Source of the DNA: Vicinamibacterales bacterium
GTDB taxonomy: Bacteria > Acidobacteriota > Vicinamibacteria > Vicinamibacterales > UBA2999
Assembly: GCA_050247355.1 (NCBI GenBank)
Contig: JBFWUK010000011.1
Location: 68,847-132,846 of the forward strand
Reading direction: 5' to 3'
DNA length: 64,000 nucleotides
Of this stretch, positions 9,643 to 18,821 are shown piece by piece. Made by a program: the position numbers and the translations under genes. Under the pieces are notes generated by a model. The model was not told the origin of the DNA and did not search any database. It saw only the letters and a list, made by a program, of their open reading frames with translations. Position 1 is the stretch's first letter. Each line of letters begins with the position of its first letter.

Positions 9643-11063
9643 TGAATCCCGACCTGATCCTCAGGACCTCGGTGCTGCTGATGCTGGCCGCGATCCTCGC
9701 TCGCGTTCTTCACAGAGCGGCGCCGGCCACTCGCCACCTCGTGTGGCACACATCGGTCGTCCTGGTCATCCTGACGCCGTTGCTGGTGCCGCTGGCGCCT
9801 CGCTTCGACCTTCCTGTAAGCGCCGCCGCGATCGAAGGCACTGCCGCCAGCCCGCAGCTCGCGGCCGCTGCTGGTGCGGGTGAGGAATTCGAACCGCCAG
9901 CTCCGGCGCCCATCCGCCTGCGAACGGTCGCGCTGAGCGGCAGCATCGTCGTGGCTGGCTGGTTCGTGCTGTGCTGGCTGCTGAGCGGCATCGCAGTGAA
10001 GCGCGGCTCCCGGCCCGCTCCGGCCGAGTGGCTCTCGGAAGTCCGGAACGTCTGCGACCGGCTGGGCCTGCCGCGCGACATCGAGGTGCGCGAAACAGTG
10101 CGGGACGGCAGCCCGCATGTCGCCGGCTTGTTCCGCTCGGTGGTGATGATGCCGCCGTCAGCGGCGCGCTGGTCGCCCGAGGAGCGACAGGCGGCGTTGG
10201 TCCACGAACTGACCCACATCCGCCGCGGCGATCGGCGCACGCAGGCGATGGCGCAGCTGGCGTGCGCCATCTACTGGTTCAACCCGCTCGCGTGGTATGC
10301 CGCCGCGGGCCTGGCCCGCGAGCGCGAGCGAGCCTGCGACGATGAAGTGCTGAGGGCGGGCATCAAGCCGTCGGCCTACGCCGCGCTGCTGCTCGACATT
10401 GCCCGGAGACCGGCCTCATGGACGCCGGCCGCTGCCCTGAGCATGGCCCGCCCATCGACGATCGAGGGACGGCTCCTGTCAATCCTGGCCAACGCCGTCC
10501 GCACGCCGCGCCGCTCGACGCGCTGGCTCGTTACGGCGGCGGTGGCGGCGATTACCACTGCCGTGCTGGGCGCCCAGCCCGCTACCTCCGACGCGGTGCA
10601 GACTCCACCGGCGATGCCGGCAGCGCAGCCGGCTCTTCTCGTCGAGCCGCAGGAAGTGATGCCGCTGACTGGCGTGCCGGATACCGGATTGACCGAGGTC
10701 CTGGTGAATGCCCTGGGTGATGCCAGCGGCCAGGTTCGCGAGCAGGCCGCGCTTGGACTCGCGCTGACTCCGGGCAATGCCGTGATCGATCCGCTGCTGG
10801 CGGCGTTGCGGGACCGCGACTCGCAGGTTCGTGAGAAGGCGGCGATCGGCCTCGCGTTTCGCCGCGATCCGCGCGTTGTCGATCCGCTGCTGCGGGCGAT
10901 GTCGGACGAGGACGGCCAGGTGCGCGAGAAGGCCGCCATCGCGCTCGGCGCCAGCGGTGACACGCGGGCAATCGCGGCGCTCAAGAAGGCGACCACGGAT
11001 CCGGACCCGCAGGTGCGCGAGAAGGCGGTCGCGGGCCTCGTGTTGCTGGGGTTGGGCCGATGA
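9642..11063 (+). CDS. BlaR1-like M56 peptidase with C-terminal HEAT repeats
   Basis: HELTHIRRGD, YWFNPL, ERACDD; four D-x-x-x-QVRE-x-A HEAT repeats. Confidence 0.9.
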   Translation: MNPDLILRTSVLLMLAAILARVLHRAAPATRHLVWHTSVVLVILTPLLVPLAPRFDLPVSAAAIEGTAASPQLAAAAGAGEEFEPPAPAPIRLRTVALSGSIVVAGWFVLCWLLSGIAVKRGSRPAPAEWLSEVRNVCDRLGLPRDIEVRETVRDGSPHVAGLFRSVVMMPPSAARWSPEERQAALVHELTHIRRGDRRTQAMAQLACAIYWFNPLAWYAAAGLARERERACDDEVLRAGIKPSAYAALLLDIARRPASWTPAAALSMARPSTIEGRLLSILANAVRTPRRSTRWLVTAAVAAITTAVLGAQPATSDAVQTPPAMPAAQPALLVEPQEVMPLTGVPDTGLTEVLVNALGDASGQVREQAALGLALTPGNAVIDPLLAALRDRDSQVREKAAIGLAFRRDPRVVDPLLRAMSDEDGQVREKAAIALGASGDTRAIAALKKATTDPDPQVREKAVAGLVLLGLGR

Positions 11064-12478
11064 CGCTGCTGCCGGCACTGGCGCTCGCGGCGCAGGCCGC
11101 GCTGGCCCCCTGCGCGATTGACGGTGTGCCCGGCGAGGCGCGCTGCGGCACCCATCGCGTCTGGGAAAATCGCGAGACGAAGCAGGGCCGCCAAATCGAC
11201 CTGTCGATCATCGTTCTGCCCGCCACGACCGCGGATCGCCGGCCCGACCCGCTGTTCGCGCTGTCGGGCGGTCCCGGCGACGCGCCATCGTTCAACGCGC
11301 GATTCTTCAGCCGCGCCTTCGCCGACATTCGCAAGCATCGCGACCTGGTCTTCGTCGATCTCCGCGGCACCGGCAAGTCGGCGCCGCTGCTGTGCCCCGA
11401 GCTGGCGCTGCCGGGGGCAAACGGCGTGTTCGACGCCGACCTGCTGAGCCTGCCGGCCGTGCGCGCCTGCCGGGCCCGGCTCGAACGCACCGCCGATCTC
11501 ACGCAGTACACGACCGAGATTGCCGTCGACGATCTCGACGAGGTGCGGCGGGCGCTGGGCTATGACGCCATCAACCTGTATGGCACGTCCTACGGAAGCC
11601 GCGTCGCGCAGGTCTACATGCGCCGCCATCCCGGCAGCTTGCGGGCGGTGACGATGAAAGGCATTGTGCCGCCCTCGATGGCCATGCCCGAATCGCATGC
11701 GCAGGCGGGCCAGGACGCGTGGCGAGCGCTGGTTGAGCGCTGCCGCCAGGACCAGGATTGCCGGCGCACGTTTCCGACGCTTGACGCCGACTTCCACGCG
11801 CTGCTCGAGCGCTTGGACAAGACGTCCCCGGTACTGGCGCTGCCCGCCGAACCGAACCGTCCGGCTCAATCAGTGACCGTCACGCGCGGCCTGTTTGCCG
11901 AAGCGTTCCGCAACCGGCTGTATACGCCGGAGAACGCAGCACGGATGCCGAGAATGGTGCGAGAGATGCTGGGAGGCGACGTGACGAGCATTGCCGAAAC
12001 GGCGCTGGCGGGCCGCACCGCGCTTGGCGGCGATCGCCTGGCGGCAGGGTTCTTCCTGTCGGTGACGTGTGCCGAGGACATCCCCTACCTGCCGGCGAAC
12101 CCACGGGCACTGGCGGCCGGCACCTTTGGCGGCGACTATCGGCTGCAGCAGCAAACCGCGGCGTGTGCCGAGTGGCCGCGCGGCCAGGTGTCGAGCGCGC
12201 ACCGCCAGCCGACGCGATCGTCGATCGCGACGCTGATAGTGTCGGGTGAACTCGACCCGGTCACGCCGCCGTCGGGCGGCGACGAGGTGCTGCGAGGCCT
12301 GGCGGCCGGTGCGCACGTCGTCATTCGCAACAACGGGCATCCGATTGGCAACGCAGAAGCGTGTGTCGGCTCGATGTTTGCCGCGTTCCTGGACAAGGGT
12401 TCGGCCGCCGGACTCGACCGCTCGTGCGCCGAGGCCATTGCCGAGCCTCCGTTCCAGCTGCCGGGCCCGCGCCGATGA
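11060..12478 (+). CDS. Secreted alpha/beta hydrolase (TAP-like peptidase)
   Basis: GGPG, DLRGTG, GTSYG nucleophile, DPVTP, GH. Confidence 0.88.
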   Translation: MTLLPALALAAQAALAPCAIDGVPGEARCGTHRVWENRETKQGRQIDLSIIVLPATTADRRPDPLFALSGGPGDAPSFNARFFSRAFADIRKHRDLVFVDLRGTGKSAPLLCPELALPGANGVFDADLLSLPAVRACRARLERTADLTQYTTEIAVDDLDEVRRALGYDAINLYGTSYGSRVAQVYMRRHPGSLRAVTMKGIVPPSMAMPESHAQAGQDAWRALVERCRQDQDCRRTFPTLDADFHALLERLDKTSPVLALPAEPNRPAQSVTVTRGLFAEAFRNRLYTPENAARMPRMVREMLGGDVTSIAETALAGRTALGGDRLAAGFFLSVTCAEDIPYLPANPRALAAGTFGGDYRLQQQTAACAEWPRGQVSSAHRQPTRSSIATLIVSGELDPVTPPSGGDEVLRGLAAGAHVVIRNNGHPIGNAEACVGSMFAAFLDKGSAAGLDRSCAEAIAEPPFQLPGPRR

Positions 12479-12517
12479 CCAGTCTGTTCCCGGACCCGCG
12501 CCACCTGCGAGCGCGCC

Positions 12518-13114
12518 CTACTCGGAGTAGACGACGGTGCGCACGCTGCGATGGCGCCGGGTGAGTTCGGCCGGCAGCAGCTTGCTCAAGTAGACTTTCG
12601 ATTCGGCTGAATCGCCGGCGTTCGGCTCGTGCTTCACGACGTTGAAGTGCAACTGCGCCAGGACCGCGCGCATGTCGTAGTAGCGGTTCTTCGTCTTGAC
12701 GACGACCTCTTCGAATCCCGCCGCGAGCGCCCACACTTCCGATTCCTCGGTCAGGGCGCGGAAGTGGCCCTGGCCGCGCCAGTCGCGCCGCGTGCCGCCG
12801 ATCCACGAGTAGAGAATGCGCCGGCCATCGAACGTGACGGGACCGGTCAGCCGATCGACCAGGTCGCGCAGCTTCGCGACCGATTCGTCGTGGCGGATCT
12901 CGTGGACGATCTTGTACGACACCGGCACCAGCGCACCGGACGGGTCGTCGGGGAGCGGCGCCTCGGCCATCAGGATGAGCGACTCACGATCGCGCAGCCG
13001 CTCGATGATCTCCGCCGCCGTCTTGCGGCGGGGAAACTCGCCGAAGTACTCCTCGATGTACTGAATTTCCAACGCGCCGGGCTCGAGCGCGTACTGCTTG
13101 ATCAAATACTCCAC
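12518..13114 (-). CDS. Putative GNAT-fold acetyltransferase
   Basis: YSWIGGTRRDWRGQGHFRAL (acetyl-CoA binding motif A) and VKTKNRYYDM. Confidence 0.7.
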   Translation of the reverse strand: MEYLIKQYALEPGALEIQYIEEYFGEFPRRKTAAEIIERLRDRESLILMAEAPLPDDPSGALVPVSYKIVHEIRHDESVAKLRDLVDRLTGPVTFDGRRILYSWIGGTRRDWRGQGHFRALTEESEVWALAAGFEEVVVKTKNRYYDMRAVLAQLHFNVVKHEPNAGDSAESKVYLSKLLPAELTRRHRSVRTVVYSE

Positions 13115-13166
13115 GTGGTCTTGTTCCGCCGGTGTGTCATCGGTGGCCTGATCGGGGGCCCGACGA

Positions 13167-14426
13167 TTATACGAGATGCCCCAGCCGGGAGCTGAGCCAT
13201 CTCTGTTCGGGCGCCGAACGCGCCCGGGTCAGCGCAATCCGGTAGTGGTCGGCGGCCTTTGCCAGGTCGCCGGCTTCGCGCCACAGCTCGGCTTGCACGG
13301 CGGGAAGCAGCGGGTAGTGTTCCAGCGCCGCCCGTCCGGCCATGCCGTCGAGGACGGCGAGCCCCGACAACGGCCCCTCGATGCGGGAAATCGCAATCGC
13401 CCGATTCAGGGCCACCACCGGGGAGGCCGTCAGGGCCAGCAACTCGTCGTACAGGTCCGCGATCTGCCGCCAGTCGGTTGCCTCCCAGGACGGAGCGACG
13501 GCGTGGCACGCGGCGATGCCGGCCTCGAGGTGGAAGGCGCTGACGCGGTCGCCGGCGGAAGCACGATCGAGGGCGCCCATGCCGGCAGCTATCGCCTCGC
13601 GGTCCCACTTGCCGCGATCCTGCTCGCGCAGCAGGAACAACGTGCCGTCCGAATCGACGCGCGCCGGGAACCGGGCCGCATGCAGGAGCATCAGGGCCAG
13701 CAGGGCCCACGCCTTTGGCGAGTCGGTCGCGGGGTGCGCGGCGACCAGCGATGCCAGCCGGATCGCCTCGCCCGCGACGTCGTCGCGAACCAGTGCGTCG
13801 CCCGCAGTGGCGGCGTAGCCCTCGTTGAAGATCAGGTAAAGCGAGTCGAGCACTGAATCAAGCCGGGGCGCAAGATCGGCCGGCGACGGCATGCCGAACC
13901 CGATCTCCTGGTCGCGCAGGTGCCGCTTGGCGCGCACCAGCCGTTGGGCAATCGTGCTGTCGTTGGCAAGAAAGGCGCGGGCGATCTCGCCGACGCTGAA
14001 ACCGCCGACCAGCTTGAGCGCCAGTGCGACCCTGGCATCGGCCGGCAGTTGCGGATGACAGGTCAGGAACAGCAGGCCGAGCTGGTCGTCATCCACCGGC
14101 GGCGGCTCGTCGCGGAGCAGCGCCGCGGCCGGTGGCTGGGGTGCCGGCCGCTCGCGCGCCAGCGCCGGTTGCTTGTCCGCGGCCATCCGCGCATGCCGCA
14201 GCCTGTCGAGGGCACGGTTCTTCGCCACCAGATACAGCCATGCTTCGGGTTGAGCGGGAATGCCGCGGAACGGCCACTGCTGGAGCGCGGCCATGAGGGC
14301 GTCCTGCACCGCGTCTTCGGCGAGGCCAAGGTGCCGCGAGCCGAGTGTCCGCGTGAGGGTGGCGACCATCTGTCCCGCCTGGCGGCGGAACAGATGCTCA
14401 ACAAGTGCGATCGAGTCGGCCGCCAC
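13167..14426 (-). CDS. ECF42-type RNA polymerase sigma factor with TPR/DUF6596 extension
   Basis: AEDAVQDA, DDQLGLLFLTCHP, EIARAFL...QRLVRAK, LYLIFNEGY, SPVVALNRA. Confidence 0.92.
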   Translation of the reverse strand: MAADSIALVEHLFRRQAGQMVATLTRTLGSRHLGLAEDAVQDALMAALQQWPFRGIPAQPEAWLYLVAKNRALDRLRHARMAADKQPALARERPAPQPPAAALLRDEPPPVDDDQLGLLFLTCHPQLPADARVALALKLVGGFSVGEIARAFLANDSTIAQRLVRAKRHLRDQEIGFGMPSPADLAPRLDSVLDSLYLIFNEGYAATAGDALVRDDVAGEAIRLASLVAAHPATDSPKAWALLALMLLHAARFPARVDSDGTLFLLREQDRGKWDREAIAAGMGALDRASAGDRVSAFHLEAGIAACHAVAPSWEATDWRQIADLYDELLALTASPVVALNRAIAISRIEGPLSGLAVLDGMAGRAALEHYPLLPAVQAELWREAGDLAKAADHYRIALTRARSAPEQRWLSSRLGHLV

Positions 14427-14428
14427 GG

Positions 14429-14776
14429 TTACGTGGGCTGTACCTCGCGGATCTCGATGATGCCGAAATCGAGGTGGGGGCAGTCTTTGCTGAGCTCGAC
14501 CACCTCTTCGTAGCTGGCCGCGTCAACCATGAACAGGCCGCCAATCACCTCGCGAGCCTCGGCGTACGGACCGTCGGTCACCTTCGGCGACCCCACGGCG
14601 CCGCGCAAAACGCGGCCGGCGCCGTCGGTCAGCTTGTGGCCCTCCACCTGGCGGCCGTTGGCCTGCACCCGCTGCTTCCACTCCACGTAGCGCTGGATGA
14701 TGGCCTGGATCTGATCGGGACTGAGGTCCGGCGGGAACGTCCCGGAGTCGTGCAGCAGCATGATGAACCTGGGCAT
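14429..14776 (-). CDS. YciI/DGPF family protein
   Basis: VTDGPYAEAREVIGG...CPH...IEIREV; the usual partner of ECF42. Confidence 0.9.
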   Translation of the reverse strand: MPRFIMLLHDSGTFPPDLSPDQIQAIIQRYVEWKQRVQANGRQVEGHKLTDGAGRVLRGAVGSPKVTDGPYAEAREVIGGLFMVDAASYEEVVELSKDCPHLDFGIIEIREVQPT

Positions 14777-14791
14777 TTCAGTGATCCTTGT

Positions 14792-14904
14792 CGGGAACCG
14801 GGACTCGGGACTCGGGAATCGATTCCCCGCCGGCCTTATCCCGATAACGTTCGGCACCTCAGGAAATCGACACGTCGATTCCGTTTTCGACTCCCGACTC
14901 CCGG
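14792..14904. repeat. Inverted 7-bp tandem-repeat arms (CGGGACT / CGACTCC) flanking the yciI promoter
   Basis: cgggaaccgggactcgggactcgggaatcg ... cgactcccgactcccgg. Confidence 0.6.
14846..14872 (-). promoter_or_regulatory. Putative ECF42-dependent promoter
   Basis: TGTCGA-N17-CGTT on the minus strand upstream of yciI-ECF42; matches the recalled ECF42 -35 element TGTCGA. Confidence 0.55.
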
Positions 14905-14909
14905 CAGGT

Positions 14910-16523
14910 TCAGTAGTCCATTCCGACCACAGCGCCCTGGTCGTCGACGTCGAGCTTCTGGGCTTGAGGCACCTTGCCGAGACCGGGCATCAGCATCATG
15001 CTGCCGGCAATCGCCACGACGAAGCCCGCGCCGGCCGAAAGTAATACCTCGCTGACGTTGAGCGTCCATCCCGACGGCGCGCCCATCTGCTTCGGATCGT
15101 CGGTGAACGAATACTGCGTCTTCGCGATGCACACCGGCAGCTCGCCGTAGCCAAGGGCCGCGAGTTTGGCCAGCCGCGACTTGGCCGCCGGCTTGAACGA
15201 GACCTTCCCCGCGCCGTAGACCTTGGTGGCGACGGCGGTAATCTTCTCCTCGAGCGTCTGGCGCGCCGTGTAGATGGGCCTGACCGCGCCGGGGTCTGAC
15301 ACTGCGGCCGCGGCCACCAGCTTCGCGGCCAGTGTGGTCATGCCGTCGCCGCCCTTGGTGTAGCCCTCGGCCAGCGCCGCGTCGGCGCCGATCGACTGGC
15401 AGTACGTCATCACGCGTTCGAGCTCGGCGTCGGTGTCGCCCGGGAAACGGTTCAGCGCGATCACCGCGGGCACTCCCCACCGCTTCAGGTTCTCCAGGTG
15501 GCGCGCCAGGTTCGGGAAGCCGGCGTCGACCGGACCATCGGGCGTGCCGCCCTGCGCCCGCAGCGCCTTGAGCGTCACAATCACCGCCGCCGCCGCCGGC
15601 ACGTGGCCGCACATCGGCATCACCAGGTCGAAGAACTTCTCGGCGCCGAGATCGGCGGCAAACCCGGTCTCGTTGACCACGTAGTCGGCCAGGTGCAGGC
15701 CGATGCGCTGCGCCAGCACGCTGCTGGTGCCGTGCGCGATGTTGGCGAACGGGCCGCAGTGCACGATGGCCGGGGCGCCCTCCGAGGTCTGCACCAGGTT
15801 CGGCAGCACCGCCTCGTTCAGCAGCACCATCATCGGACCGACGGCCTTGAGATCCTCCGCCGTCACGGCCTTGCCGTCGTAGCTGAAGCCGACGACGATG
15901 CGCGACAGGCGGCGGCGAAGGTCGGCCCGGCTTTCCGACAGGGCCAGAATCGCCATGATTTCGGAGGCGGCGGTAATCACGAAACCGGTCTCGCGCGCCG
16001 GGCCGCTCTCGCGCCCGCCCAGGCCGGTGGCAATCCGGCGCAGCGCGCGATCGTTCATGTCCATGCAGCGCGGCCACAGGATCTCGCGCGGATCGATGCG
16101 CAAGTCGTTGCCGAAATGCAGGTGCGTATCGAGCAGCGCCGCCAGCAGGTTGTGCGCCGCCGTGATGGCGTGGAAGTCGCCGGTGAAATGCAGGTTGATC
16201 TTGTCGAGCGGCGCGAGCGATGCCTGGCCGCCGCCGGTGGCGCCGCCCTTCATGCCGAACACCGGCCCCAGCGACGGCTCGCGCAGCGCCGCCACCGCGT
16301 GGTGCCCCAGCTTCACCAGGCCCTGCGTGATGCCGATGGTGTTGACCGTCTTACCCTCACCGCTGGTGGTTGGCGTGATGGCCGTGACGAGAATCAGCTT
16401 GCCCTTGCGCGTCGGGAAGCGATCGAGGGCTTCGAGGCGAATCTTGGCGATGAAGCGGCCGTAAGGTTCGAGGAGGTCTTCGGGCAGTCCAAGTCGCGAG
16501 GCAATCTCTGTAATGGGCAGCAT
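14910..16523 (-). CDS. fhs: Formate--tetrahydrofolate ligase
   Basis: ILVTAITPT..GEGKT, LREPSLGPVFGMKGGATGGG, INLHFTGDFHAI, HCGPFANIAHG, PVCIAKTQYSF. Confidence 0.97.
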   Translation of the reverse strand: MLPITEIASRLGLPEDLLEPYGRFIAKIRLEALDRFPTRKGKLILVTAITPTTSGEGKTVNTIGITQGLVKLGHHAVAALREPSLGPVFGMKGGATGGGQASLAPLDKINLHFTGDFHAITAAHNLLAALLDTHLHFGNDLRIDPREILWPRCMDMNDRALRRIATGLGGRESGPARETGFVITAASEIMAILALSESRADLRRRLSRIVVGFSYDGKAVTAEDLKAVGPMMVLLNEAVLPNLVQTSEGAPAIVHCGPFANIAHGTSSVLAQRIGLHLADYVVNETGFAADLGAEKFFDLVMPMCGHVPAAAAVIVTLKALRAQGGTPDGPVDAGFPNLARHLENLKRWGVPAVIALNRFPGDTDAELERVMTYCQSIGADAALAEGYTKGGDGMTTLAAKLVAAAAVSDPGAVRPIYTARQTLEEKITAVATKVYGAGKVSFKPAAKSRLAKLAALGYGELPVCIAKTQYSFTDDPKQMGAPSGWTLNVSEVLLSAGAGFVVAIAGSMMLMPGLGKVPQAQKLDVDDQGAVVGMDY

Positions 16524-16603
16524 GGGCGGCACCATCTTACTTGCTTCATGCCCCGCGCGTGGGTCGGGTCTTGCGGCCGGTTCAACCGGGCATCAGCCGC
16601 CAA

Positions 16604-17833
16604 TCAACCGCGTAGCACGGGCAGCGCCGCCGCCTGCCACTGACTGTCCCAGCGCTCGGCGGGATTCTCGAAGAGCCAGGCTTTCGACCGCCCCAGCGCC
16701 GAGGCCGGATCGATGGCCCGCGAGGCCACGGTGACGAGCACCGCGGCCAGGCCGCCGGGGTCGCGGAAGGTAATCCCCTCGCGGCCGCTCGTGATCACCT
16801 CGCCCAGCACCGGCGCGTAATCGAAAGCGGCCACCGGCACACCCGCGCCGCGAAAATCGGCGACCTTCATCGGCAGGTCGAGGCCCGAGGCCGACTGGTG
16901 CAGGCACAGGCCCAGATCGGCCATGCCAATCAGCAACGGATAGTCGGCCGGTTCGAGCCAGTGCGTGCGCACGGCAATGGACTTGAACGTGCGCCGCGCC
17001 AGTCGGGTCTCGAACGTTGGCCGGAGCGCGCCGCGGCCGGTAAGGATGACCGCCAGGCGCGGCGCCGGCGCTTCGCCGGTTGCGAGCTGGCGATCGGCGC
17101 GTTCGAGCGCTTCGAGCAGCAAGTCGAAATCCTCGTCGGGTGTCCAACTCGTGGGGCACACCACCAGCGGCAGCCGATCGACGCCGAGATTGGCTTCGCT
17201 GGCCAGGCGGCTCCACAAGGCCACGGCCGCCGACGGCAAGGTCGCTGTGAACACCGGCCCGGGCCGATCGTAGGCGACCGCGGCGCGGATGCCATAGCGG
17301 GCCGCGAGCCATTCGGCCAGGGCCTTCGACACCGCGAGGTGGCCGTCGGCGCGCCGCGCCCACCGGCGTTCACTCCGCGAGAGCGCCTTCACCGCGCGAT
17401 GGGTTTCGCCAAGACGAACGGCTGCCACGGTGTGCGAGAGGTTGTGCCAGTCGATTACGAGCCGTGAGCCGCGCAGCCGCGCGACCGTCCACGCGACGGC
17501 CAGCGTGGGCACGGCGGGCGGATTCTGGACGAGCAGCACGTCGGCCTTCGGCAGCCGCATCAGCATCACGAACAGGCGGCGCGCCTGTCCGATGGCCCTG
17601 GCCATCGATCCCGCCACGAACCGCTTGACCCCGCCCTTCGCGCGCCCCTGGAAGGCGTGGTCCGACAGCCTGTGGCAGGTCACGCGCGGGTGTTGCGCGA
17701 TCGCCGGCATCGGCGGGGCGCCCTCGAGGCCGACCAGGTCGACGTCGTGGCCCGCCTCGGCCAGCGACATCGCGTGATACTGCATCCGCGGGCTGCGGCC
17801 CAGATCTCCGAGTACGATAACGGCGGTTCGCAT
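16604..17833 (-). CDS. ALG1-like (GT33) beta-1,4-mannosyltransferase homolog
   Basis: [71 protein letters not shown], all matching recalled eukaryotic ALG1 motifs. Confidence 0.9.
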   Translation of the reverse strand: [409 protein letters not shown]

Positions 17834-17834
17834 A

Positions 17835-18821
17835 GTGACCGTGTACCTGCTGCTTGGCCTCAGTAGCTCTGCCCTGGCCCTGCTCTTGACTCCGCTGGTG
17901 TCCCGGGTCTCGACCCGGCTCGGACTGGTAGACGCCCCCGGCGGGCGGAAGGTTCACGCCCAATCGGTGCCCAGGCTTGGCGGCCTGGCCATCGTCATCG
18001 CCGCGGTGCTGGCGATGATACTCGCCCGTCTCTGGACGCCACGGGATTTCACCCCTGACGTTTTGGCCGCCCTTCAGCCGTTTGCCGCGGCCGGCGCCCT
18101 GATCTTCGCCCTCGGCCTGCTCGACGATGTGCGCGGCGTCGGGCCGGGGGCGAAGCTGAGCGTTCAGCTACTCGCCGCGGGCGTGTTGATGGCATCGGGG
18201 TTGCTGATCGAGCGCATCACGGTCGCCGGGGCGACCTGGGAGCTCGGCTGGCTGGCCTGGCCCGCGACCGCGGCGTGGCTGGTCGGACTAACCAACGCCT
18301 TCAACCTGATCGACGGCATCGATGGCCTGGCCGCGGGTATCGCGGTGCTGGCGGGCTCGGCCTGCGGCGCCATTCTGATCGTGCGCGGCCACCCGGCCGA
18401 AGCCATGATGCTGGCGGCGCTGGTCGGGGCGGCTGCGGGATTCCTGGTCTTCAATTTCGCGCCGGCCACCATCTTTCTCGGCGACAGCGGCAGCCTGTTG
18501 ATCGGATTCCTGCTGGCGGCTACAGCCATCGCCGGATGGCAGAAGGGCGCAACCGCGTTGGCCGCCGGCGTGCCCCTGCTCATCTTCGCGCTGCCGATTG
18601 CCGACGTGATCAGCACGATCGTCCGCCGCGCGCTGAGGCGGCCGGCCGATGGGCCGCCGGGCGTGCTCGCCGCCCTGCGGCAGTTGGTGGAGCCGGATCG
18701 CCAGCACATTCATCACCGTCTGCTCGCGCTCGGCTGGTCGCAACAGCAGACCGTACTGGTTCTCTACGGCGTGACCGCCGCGCTGTCATGGCTGGCGCTG
18801 GTCACCGCACAGCGGCCATGA
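17835..18821 (+). CDS. WecA/TagO-like polyprenyl-phosphate GlcNAc-1-phosphate transferase
   Basis: RKVH..PRLGG, GLLDD, NAFNLIDGIDGLA, FLGDSGS, PDRQHIHHRL. Confidence 0.92.
   Translation: MTVYLLLGLSSSALALLLTPLVSRVSTRLGLVDAPGGRKVHAQSVPRLGGLAIVIAAVLAMILARLWTPRDFTPDVLAALQPFAAAGALIFALGLLDDVRGVGPGAKLSVQLLAAGVLMASGLLIERITVAGATWELGWLAWPATAAWLVGLTNAFNLIDGIDGLAAGIAVLAGSACGAILIVRGHPAEAMMLAALVGAAAGFLVFNFAPATIFLGDSGSLLIGFLLAATAIAGWQKGATALAAGVPLLIFALPIADVISTIVRRALRRPADGPPGVLAALRQLVEPDRQHIHHRLLALGWSQQQTVLVLYGVTAALSWLALVTAQRP

Noticed and set aside
14910-16523. fhs as evidence of the Wood-Ljungdahl pathway
   Set aside because: No other pathway genes are in the window; fhs alone is common in C1 metabolism.
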